The notes beneath the pieces are model-generated. The model had not been told where the DNA came from, made no database searches, and was given only the letters and a program-made list of their open reading frames with translations. From Hormiphora californensis (taxonomy: Eukaryota; Animalia; Ctenophora), in contig CM035362.1 of NCBI GenBank assembly GCA_020137815.1, positions 6,200,001 to 6,264,000 of the forward strand: DNA of 64,000 bases, in the 5' to 3' direction. Each line of letters opens with the position of its first letter. The stretch's first letter is position 1. Positions 38,201-50,200 of this stretch are shown here, piece after piece. The position numbers were made by a program, and so were the translations under genes.

Positions 38201-41200
38201 ATGTGTTGTTAGTTGCACTAAACCAACATTGTTGAATTTTCACAACACCACCCTGTGTTTTTTAGTTGCACTAAATCACCCGGGTTTTTTAGTTGCATAC
38301 ACTACCACCAAAAGGGTTTATGTTCACACCTACCACCATGTGTTTTATGTTTGCAAAACATCCAAAACCCAAATTTGTATAGTTGAAACATACCACCAAA
38401 TGTTTTATTTGCACACACTACCCCCAGTGTTGTATATTGGGCCCTTTTTACCACCATGTGTTGTTAGTTGCACTCTACCACATGTGTTTTATAGTTCATA
38501 CACTACCCCGTGTTTTATAGTGCACTACACTACCACCATGTGTTGTATAGTTGCACTACACTACCACCATGTGTTGTATAGTTGCACTACACTACCACCA
38601 TGTGTTGTATAGTTGCACTACACTACCACCATGTGTTGTATAGTTGCACTACACTACCACCATGTGTTGTATAGTGCACTTCTACCACCATGTTGTATAG
38701 TTGCACTACACCCACCATGTGTTGTATTTGCACTACTACCACCATGTTGTTAGTTGCACTACTACCACCATTTGTTTGTATATTGCACTACACTACCACC
38801 AATGTGTTGTATAGTTGCACTACACTACCACCATGTGTTGTATAGTTGCACTACCTACCACCATGTGTTGTATAGTTGCACTACACTACCACCATGTGTT
38901 GTATAGTTGCACTACACTGTGTGTAATCCTACACCATGTGTTGTAAGTTGCATCTACACTACACACACCCATGTTTGTATAGTTGCACTACACTACCACC
39001 TGTTGTTGTATAGTTGCACTACACTACCACCATGTGTTGTATAGTTGCACACTACCACCAGTGTTGTATATTGCACTACACTACCACCATGTGTTTATAG
39101 TCCACTACACTACCACAGTGTTTTATTGACTACACTACACATGTGTTGTATAGTTGCACTTACACTACCACCATGTGTTGTATAGTTGCATACATACCAC
39201 CATGTGTTGTATGTCATGCACTACACTACCACATGTGTTGTATAGTTGCTACACTACCCACATGGTTGTATAGTTGCACTACACCATGTATGTGTTGTAT
39301 CACTACACCACCAGTGTTGTATAGTTGCACTACACTACCACCATGTGTATAGTTGCACTACATACCACCATGGTTGTATAGTTGCACTACTACCACCAGT
39401 GTTGTCTAGTTGCACTACACTACCACCATGTGTTGTATAGTTGCACTACACTACCACCAAGTGTTGTAAGTTGCACTACACTACCACCATGTGTTGTATA
39501 GTTTGCACTACACTACCACCAATGTGTTGTATAGTTGCACTACACTACCACCTGATGTTTGAATAGTTGCACTACACTACCACCATGTGTTGTATAGTTG
39601 CACTACACTACCACCAAGTGTTGTATAGTTGCACTACTACACCATGTGTTGTATAGTTGCACGACACTACCACCATGTGTTGTAAGTGCCACACTACCAC
39701 ATGTGTTATAGTTGCACTACACTACCACCATGTGTTGTTATAGTTGCACTACACTACCACCATGTGTTGGTATAGTTGCACTACACTACCACCAAGTGTT
39801 GTATAGTTGCACTACTACCACCAATGTGTTGTATAGTTGCACTACACTACCACCATGTGTTGTATAGTTGCACTACACTACCACCATGTGTTGTATAGGT
39901 TGCACTACACTACCACCATGTGTTGTATAGTTGGCACTACACTACCACCATGTTTGTATGTTGCTATGTTGCACTACACTACCACCATGTGTTGTATAGC
40001 TGCCATTTGTATGCACTAACTACCCCTGTGTTGTTATTCTACCATACCATGTTTACCACCTTATGACTTTTTGTAATTCACTACACCCAGATGTTGTTGT
40101 TTGCACTACTACCACCAGTTGTATGTTTAAAGTCACTATACACCACGTGTTGTTAGTTGCACTACACACCACCATGTGTTGTATTACACACTACCACATG
40201 GTTGTATATCCACTACATACCATGTGTTGTATGTTACTACACTACCACATGTGTTGTATAGTTGCACTACACTCCACCATGGTTGTATAGTTGCCACATA
40301 CCACCATGTTGTATAGTTGCACTACACCACCATGTTTTATAGTTGCACTACACTACCCCAAGTGTTTATGTGTGCACTACACTACCACCAGTGTTGTATA
40401 GTTGCCTACTACCACCATGGTTGTATGTTGACTACACTCCACCGTTAAGTTGACTATACACCATGTTGAATGCACTACTACCACCATGTGTTGTATAGTT
40501 GCACTACACTACCACCATGTGTGTATAGTTGCACTACACACCACCGTGTTGTTAGTTGCACTACACTACCACCATGTTTGTATAGTTCACACACTACCCA
40601 CCATGTGTTGTATAGTTCACACTACCACCAGTTGTATAGTTGCACTAACTCCACCTTTTCTAAAGTTGTATCCATTGTGATAATTGCACACACTCCGTTG
40701 TATGTTTGCACTACACACCACCATGTGTTGTATGTTGCACTACACTACCACCAGTGTTGTATATTTGCACTACACTACCACCAGTGTTGTTATTTGCACT
40801 ACACTACCACCATGTTTGTATAGTTGCACTACACTACCACCATGTGTTGTATAGTTGACACACTCCACCATGTGTTGTATAGTTGTTACTAGTGCCACTG
40901 TTGTTTACTCACTACACCACATGTGTTGTATAGTTGCACACACTACCACCATGTGTTGTATAGTTGCACTACACTACCACCATGTGTTGTATAGTTGCAC
41001 TACACTACCACCATGTGTTGTCTAGTTGCACTACTACCACCATGTGTTGTATAGTTGCACTACACTACCACCATGTGTTGTATAGTTGCACTACACTCAC
41101 CACCATGTGTTGTATAGTTGCACTACTACCACCATGTGTTGTATAGTTGCACTACACTACCACCATGTGTTGTATAGTTGCACTACACTACCACCATGTG

Positions 41201-44200
41201 TTGTATAGTTGCACTACACTACCACCAAGTGTTGTATAGTTGCACTACTACCACCATGTGTTGTATAGTTGCACTACACTACCACCATGTGTTGTATAGT
41301 TGCACTACACTACCACCATGTGTTGTATAGTTGCACTACACTACCACCATGTGTTGTATAGTTGCACTACACTACCACCATGTGTTGTATAGTTGCACTA
41401 CACTACCACCATGTGTTGTATAGTTGCACTACACTACCACCATGTGTTGTATAGTTGCACTACACTACCACCAAGTGTTGTATAGTTGCACTACACTACC
41501 ACCATGTGTTGTATAGTTGCACTACACTACCACCATGTGTTGTATAGTTGCACTACACTACCACCATGTGTTGTATAGTTGCACTACACTACCACCATGT
41601 GTTGTATAGTTGCACTACACTACCACCATGTGTTGTATAGTTGCACTACACTACCACCATGTGTTGTATAGTTGCACTACACTACCACCATGTGTTGTAT
41701 AGTTGCACTACACTACCACCATGTGTTGTATAGTTGCACTACACTACCACCATGTGTTGTATAGTTGCACTACACTACCACCATGTGTTGTATAGTTGCA
41801 CTACACTACCACCATGTGTTGTATAGTTGCACTACACTACCACCATGTGTTGTATAGTTGCACTACACTACCACCATGTGTTGTATAGTTGCACTACACT
41901 ACCACCATGTGTTGTATAGTTGCACTACACTACCACCATGTGTTGTATAGTTGCACTACACTACCACCATGTGTTGTATAGTTGCACTACACTACCACCA
42001 TGTGTTGTATAGTTGCACTACACTACCACCATGTGTTGTATAGTTGCACTACACTACCACCATGTGTTGTATAGTTGCACTACACTACCACCATGTGTTG
42101 TATAGTTGCACTACACTACCACCATGTGTTGTATAGTTGCACTACACTACCACCATGTGTTGTATAGTTGCACTACACTACCACCATGTGTTGTATAGTT
42201 GCACTACACTACCACCATGTGTTGTATAGTTGCACTACACTACCACCATGTGTTGTATAGTTGCACTACACTACCACCATGTGTTGTATAGTTGCACTAC
42301 ACTACCACCATGTGTTGTATAGTTGCACTACACTACCACCATGTGTTGTATAGTTGCACTACACTACCACCATGTGTTGTATAGTTGCACTACACTACCA
42401 CCATGTGTTGTATAGTTGCACTACACTACCACCATGTGTTGTATAGTTGCACTACACTACCACCATGTGTTGTATAGTTGCACTACACTACCACCATGTG
42501 TTGTATAGTTGCACTACACTACCACCATGTGTTGTATAGTTGCACTACACTACCACCATGTGTTGTATAGTTGCACTACACTACCACCATGTGTTGTATA
42601 GTTGCACTACACTACCACCATGTGTTGTATAGTTGCACTACACTACCACCATGTGTTGTATAGTTGCACTACACTACCACCATGTGTTGTATAGTTGCAC
42701 TACACTACCACCAATGTGTTGTATAGTTGCACTACACTACCACCATGTGTTGTATAGTTGCACTACACTACCACCATGTGTTGTATAGTTGCACTACACT
42801 ACCACCATGTGTTGTATAGTTGCACTACACTACCACCATGTGTTGTATAGTTGCACTACACTACCACCATGTGTTGTATAGTTGCACTACACTACCACCA
42901 TGTGTTGTATAGTTGCACTACACTACCACCATGTGTTGTATAGTTGCACTACACTACCACCATGTGTTGTATAGTTGCACTACACTACCACCATGTGTTG
43001 TATAGTTGCACTACACTACCACCATGTGTTGTATAGTTGCACTACACTACCACCATGTGTTGTATAGTTGCACTACACTACCACCATGTGTTGTATAGTT
43101 GCACTACACTACCACCATGTGTTGTATAGTTGCACTACACTACCACCATGTGTTGTATAGTTGCACTACACTACCACCATGTGTTGTATAGTTGCACTAC
43201 ACTACCACCATGTGTTGTATAGTTGCACTACACTACCACCATGTGTTGTATAGTTGCACTACACTACCACCAATGTGTTGTATAGTTGCACTACACTACC
43301 ACCAATGTGTTGTATAGTTGCACTACACTACCACCATGTGTTGTATAGTTGCACTACACTACCACCATGTGTTGTATAGTTGCACTACACTACCACCATG
43401 TGTTGTATAGTTGCACTACACTACCACCATGTGTTGTATAGTTGCACTACACTACCACCAAGTGTTGTATAGTTGCACTACACTACCACCATGTGTTGTA
43501 TAGTTGCACTACACTACCACCATGTGTTGTATAGTTGCACTACACTACCACCATGTGTTGTATAGTTGCACTACACTACCACCATGTGTTGTATAGTTGC
43601 ACTACACTACCACCATGTGTTGTATAGTTGCACTTCTACCACCATGTGTTGTATAGTTGCACTACACTACCACCATGTGTTGTATAGTTGCACTACACTA
43701 CCACCATGTGTTGTATAGTTGCACTACACTACCACCATGTGTTGTATAGTTGCACTACACTACCACCATGTGTTGTATAGTTGCACTACTACCACCATGT
43801 GTTGTATAGTTGCACTACACTACCACCAAGTGTTGTATAGTTGCACTACACTACCACCATGTGTTGTACAGTTGCACTACACTACCACCATGTGTTGTAT
43901 AGTTGCACTACACTACCACCATGATACCATATACCCTATACTGCTGCACAAAGTCACAAATTGGTTTCTTCCGCTTTGACTTTACTTTCTCGTGGTTGCA
44001 TTGCTTTTATAGTTGTTTACAAGTGAATTGTACTTTCTCACTTACATAATCATAATAATATGTTTGTTTGACTGTACTTTCTCGTGGTTGCATTGTTTGT
44101 AGTGAAGTATATCACTGTTGACTCCGATTGGTTTGATTGTTTGTTGAACTCCTTATATATCTTTGTAGTTGGTGGCACTGAGGGGTGAGCACGATAACCT

Positions 44201-47200
44201 CAAAACCTCTACTGAAGCATCATCACGTGAATTTGAGGCCCAGGTATCGTCTCTAAAGGAGGAGCTAGGTGAAATGAGGACGGTATTAGAAGGAAAGGAA
44301 GGGGAACTGAAGGAAAGGAAGGAGGAAGTGGAGGAGAATGAAACTGAAATTAAAAGGTATGTGGACCGACACTGAGTGTTTGTGGTATTTTGAGGGGAGC
44401 AGTACCCTCTGACTGACCTACACCTTTTCCCTATTCACTTGTCTCACAAAAGACTGCCCCAAGATACCGTGATGTGTAGTCTGACTCCCCTATAACACCC
44501 TAAATCACCACCAGGTTGACGTGTAGAGTTGAGGAGTTGGTGTCAGCTCTACAACCTATATAACACCCTATAACACCACCAGGTTGACGGGTAGAGTTGA
44601 GGAGTTGGTGTCAGCACTACAATCCAGTGAGGATGAAATGACGTCACTGCGACAGAAAGAAGAGGAGAGATTATCGAAGGATGAGGAAATGAAACAGGTT
44701 GTTTCTGAGTTGGATGCAGTCAAGAAACGTCATGCAGCAGAGTACAAGGTCAGCAATACTCAAAGGGGGAGGGTTGGAATAGGGAGGGGGAGGGGGAGAG
44801 GTTCATTACTCAGGGGGAGGTTGTCGGGTTAGTATCGGGAAAGAGGTGGAACAGTATTACTCAGGGGGCGTGTTGGAGTAGGGAGGGGGAGAGGTACTGG
44901 GGGTGACAGTCTGGAGATGGCGAGGGGTAAATGCGGTACCAAAGGGGTAGAGGTAGAGAGGGGCAGAGGGACAGAGAGAGGGACAGAGAGAGGGACAGAG
45001 AGAGGGACAGAGAGAGGGACAGAGAGAGGGACAGAGAGAGGGACAGAGAGAGGGACAGAGAGAGAGGGACAGAGAGAGGGGGTAGGTCTCTGGGTGTGGA
45101 ACTCACAAATAGCCTGACAGATTAAGTTTTAGGAATTGGTGGGTCCTAGAAGGGTCAATGACTTACAAATTCCAAATCGTTTTTCACCAGGAGATGGAAA
45201 CTGATCTAGAGATCCGTAACAAGACCATCTCAAAACTAGAGAATGATATTCTCCACCTGACAAGTGATAGGGAAACAATGGTAGCTTCATTCCAGCGAGA
45301 TATGGAGAGTTCTCATACTACCCAGGATATGCTGCAAAAACAGGTAGAGTTAGTAATTTCTCTAGGTGGTCTCTTTTTTACGAAACCATTGGAAGTCGCT
45401 GACAAATAGAGACCATTAAAGGGTAGGGAACACTTCAACAACATCTTTTTTTTATCGGAAAAACATTTCAAACCAAACTTACAATATGAATAATACGTTA
45501 AATATCTCGTCACGTCCAGCCCGGGGGCTTCCTCAACGTAGCCTCAGGCCACCTTAACAGAGAACACCCACAGCGCCCGTCACTCTCAAATCAAAAAATA
45601 AGTTAAAATAAAAACTCTGATGATAAATATACTTCTCTTCAAATGGTAATAAATTAAATTAAGTTATTGCTTGGTTGCCATAGTAACGTCCCTAGCAACA
45701 ATTCCCCTCCCCAATTGGTTGCCATAGTAACTTCCCTAGCAACAATTCCCCTCCCCAATTGGTTGCCATAGTAACGTCCCTAGCAACAATTCCCCTCCCC
45801 AATTGGTTGCCATAGTAACGTCCCTAGTAACAACTTCCCCTCCCCAATATGTTGCCATAGTAACGTCCCTAGTAACAATTCCCCTCCCCGATAGGTTGCC
45901 ATAGTAACGTCCCTAGCAACAACTTCTTAATCCCCCGATTGGTTGCCATAGTAACGTCCCTAGCAACAACTTCTTAATCCCCCGATAGGTTGCCATAGTA
46001 ACGTCCCTAGCAACAATTCCCCTCCCCGATAGGTTGCCATAGTAACGTCCCTAGTAACAATTCCCCTCCCCAATAGGTTGCCATAGTAACATCCCTAGCA
46101 ACAATTCCCCCGATTGGTTGCCATAGTAACGTCCCTAGTAACAATTCCCCTCCCCGATAGGTTGCCATAGTAACGTCCCTAGCAACAACTTCTTAATCCC
46201 CCGATTGGTTGCCATAGTAACGTCCCTAGCAACAACTTCTTAATCCCCCGATAGGTTGCCATAGTAACGTCCCTAGCAACAATTCCCCTCCCCGATAGGT
46301 TGCCATAGTAACGTCCCTAGTAACAATTCCCCTCCCCAATAGGTTGCCATAGTAACATCCCTAGCAACAATTCCCCCGATAGGTTGCTAAATTGGAATCT
46401 GAGATGGACCGGAGAGCAGAAGAGGAGGAGGAAAGAGGGAGAAAGATGTCCCAGTTGGAGGAGGAAGTTGAGCAGTCAAAGAAGGGAGGAAATGAGATGC
46501 AAGCAGATCTAGCTAAAACTAAAGACGGTAAATATATATCTGAACCCCCCCCCCCGCCCCCTCCCCCTCCACCCCACCCCCCTCCCCCACCGGTAATCAG
46601 CACCCACCTTTTAGGGTAGAGGTGCCCGGAAAATTCCCAGTTTATCAATTTCCTTGTATTGGTTTTCCTCACGGTGTACCTTTTCAGATCTTCAAAAAGC
46701 AATGAGCGCCATCCAGAAGATGAAGGCGTTTATCAAGGATCTGAGATCGGAGAATGAAGAACTGAAAAACCTCAACTTCTTATTGGAGGTAATTTTAACA
46801 ATTTTTAATTTCATCAACCAAACAGCTCATATATCCCATGAGTACAATAGCTTGAATCTTGATTTGAACTCAGAATGACGACTCATTTTGAGTCATGACT
46901 GCCACTAATAATTTCTCTGATTTAAACTCAGACTGTTAATTTCTCCATGTTGTTTCAGGAACAAGCCAAGACAGAGTCCGACAACCATAGTGCCAGTATC
47001 TGTGAACTGCAGCAGTCGTTAATGGTGAAACTGGAACAGAGTGCTGACAATGAAAATAGGTAAAAACCGCAAAGTTATTACCCATCTCTACTACCGAACT
47101 TGTATAAACACGCTCCTTCCCTCGATCCTCTCTCCAAGTTTAAAGGAGAGTTAGAACAACACTCCCCCCCCCCCCTCGTCGGGTCAATCCCCATACTACC

Positions 47201-50200
47201 AGTGAGTACCACACCGCCCCCCGTCCCAGGGTGAAGGTTGAGCTGAAGAAGATGACCCAGGAGAGAGATGAGAAAGAGGCGGAGAAGGGGGAGCTATCTG
47301 GAAGAATTGAGGGTCTACTCAGTGAGAAGAAACAGTTATCTGAACTACTTAAAGAAACAATGTCCCGACTAAAGGAACAGGTTAGTTATCGCTCAACCCC
47401 CCAGGAAATACTGGTCCCTGATTGGCTGATAACCAGTCACGTGACTTAAATAACGAGTTCTGATTGGTTGTTTACTTGGTCCGGTCGGTTCCTGCTCAAC
47501 CCCCTTTCCGCGAGGGTTAGAACATAACATTTTGTTGATATAGTTACTGTCCAGGTTCTGACAGTCTGAACAAGTCAAATTACAGGATGAAATCAAATAT
47601 ATTTTGGTGTCATTGTTTCTCAAACTAATATGGTCTAACCCGTCCCCTCCCCCTCCCTCAGAAAACAGCCCAAACGGAGGCAGATAATGAGACGATATCA
47701 CGACTCCAAGATGAGGCAGCAGACCTGAGGGAGAAGATATCACGACTCCAAGATGAGGCATCAGATTTGAGGGAGAGTGTTACGATACATCTCGCCAAGG
47801 TGGAGGAGTTAGAATCCTCGCTGAGGGGTCGAGAGGAGAGGATAGGTGGCTTGGAGAAGGAGAGAGAGGGAAATGTGGGCAGAATCAATGATCTTGAGAA
47901 GGAGAGAGAGGGGAATGTGGGCAGAATCAATGTTCTTGAGAAGGAGAATGAAAGTTTAGTAAAGCAGGGAAATGATACTAAGATGGAATTAGAGGGAGTT
48001 CAACAGATGGTAAAGATGAAGGAGGTTCAGGCCACAACTGCAGAAGATAAGATGAATTCAGTGGAGGAGTACTACCAAGATAAACTAGAGACTTTGTCTA
48101 AAGAGAAGGATAATGCGATGGAACAAGGGAAGCTGATAAAGGTCAAGTTAGTTGAGCTTAAGAAGAAGGCAGATACGAGAATAAGTGGACTAAATGAGGA
48201 GAAGAGAGCTCTAGAAGCTGCTAAATCTGACCTGGAAGTTACTAAATCTGAACTGGAATCCTCTAAATCTGAACTGGAATTGCAGATTAGAGAAGGGGAA
48301 GAAAAGAGGGCGGAACTAGAATCCAAGATCGCCTCCCTCCAATCTACCAGTGGTAATGAAGTTAACACACTCCGAGAACAACTAACCAGTGAAGTAGAGA
48401 CACGAGAAAAACAATCCCAAGAAATATCTGGATTAATCGAGGAGCTGAGTGAAACCAAGAGCAACTATGAAACTCTGATATCCACAATCTCAGCCCTAAA
48501 ATCAGCATCACTAGAGATAGAGTCACGGTGTCGGGAGCAGGACACTGAGTGTGCCCAACTGAGAGAACAACTAACATCACGTGACGTGGAAATGAAGGAG
48601 CTGAGGGAGGAGAGACACATCCTAAATAAGGAGTTGACACGTGTTGAGAAGGAGATGGGGGAGAAGGTTAGGGAGGTTGGTGTTGCTAGCTCTGACATGG
48701 CAGCTCAACTGGAGACCCTTACCAGAGAACTAGAGAGGCAGAAGGAGGTTAACAGGGTACAGTGTGGTGAGGTTGAGAGGTTGCAGATGGAACATGGTGG
48801 CAGTGGGGAGGTTATTAGGGAGTTACAGAGAGAGCTGGGTGAGACACTCCCCCTGTTAGAGGAGCTGAGGGAGGAGGTGGAGGTACTGAGGAAGGAACAA
48901 AAGGTGGGTGTTGTTAGGGTGTTGTTAGGGTGTTGTTAGGGTGTTGTTAGGGTGTTAGTTGCTAGGGTGTTGTTAGGGTGTTAGTTGTTAGGGTGTTGTT
49001 AGGGTGTTAGTTGTTAGGGTGTTGTTGTTTAGGGTGTTGTTAGGGTGTTAGTTGTTAGGGTGTTGTTGTTTAGGGTGTTGTTGTTAGGGTGTTGTTAGGG
49101 TGTTAATTAGGGTGTTGTTAGGGTGTTGTTGTTCCTTATTCACCCATGTGTTAACCCAGTGTGTTAACCCATATGTTAACCCAGTGTTATCCCATAGGAG
49201 ACGAGAGACAAGTTGTCAGAAACAATGACAGAGAATGAGAGGTTGCAGCAGAGTGCAGATAACTGGAACAGTAGTGCCCAGGAGAATATCAATGTCATGA
49301 AAAGGGAAATGGAAGATCTAATGCAGGAAAAACAGGTACATAGAATTATCCAGAACTAGATCCTTACCAGCGAACAGGTACAGTTTCTATCCAGCTCCCT
49401 ATCCGTTATCGCGCTGACCCTTCCTTCGCTCAGAGCGGAGGAGAGCCGAGAGGGTTATGAACAGGGAGGGTGGTTTATAATATTGTGAAATTGTTATCAA
49501 TATTTGAGTCGTCTCCATAAGCCCGTTCTGAACCTCATTTGCCAAGCAACGAATTGTGATAAATCCATCCCTATATTAATCACCCCACCAGGAGTTAGAG
49601 GCTAAGTTGGATTCTAAACACAGTAGCATGGAGGAGCTTGTTGCCAGGTTGGAGACAGCAGAGAAGGAACGTAATGAGGCCTTGGTTGCCATGGAGACAC
49701 AACAGAGACAGATCGGGCAGGATTTAGCGACAATGGGACAGGAGTTAGAGACAACGAGGCAATATTTGGAGACAATGGAGGGTAGCAAGATGGAGAGTGA
49801 GGAAGCACTACAGGTTAGAACAATTCCATATATGGCAATGTTGATATGTTCATATATGGTAATGGTGATACACGTGACTAACTCCTCCCCTCTCCTTCAG
49901 ATGACACGCGATAAACTTGCCTCCACGGAACGGGAACTCTCGGAGGCTTCAGAGCGTCTTGAAACCTTTGAAAAGACCCTCAGAGAGACAGGAGATAACT
50001 TAGAATCCACTCTCTCAACAGAGAAATCTCTGAGGTCCCAGCTAAAGGCTCAAGAGGAGGACATTGCAGATCTCAGGGCAGAGCTGGTCACTGTGAGACA
50101 GGAGAATGGAAGATTGGAGAGTCATAGTAACTCTGTTGATAGGTGTCTGGCGTCACTGAAGGAGGAGAATCAAAGACTGGGGGAGAGTCTAGCCAACACG

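Noticed and set aside
36724-43922. CRISPR array (31-bp repeats)
   Set aside because: Units are head-to-tail with no unique spacers, there are no cas genes, and the context is a eukaryotic intron.
37938-43979. Cys/His/Thr-rich ORFs (e.g. [13 protein letters not shown])
   Set aside because: They are translations of the satellite unit.
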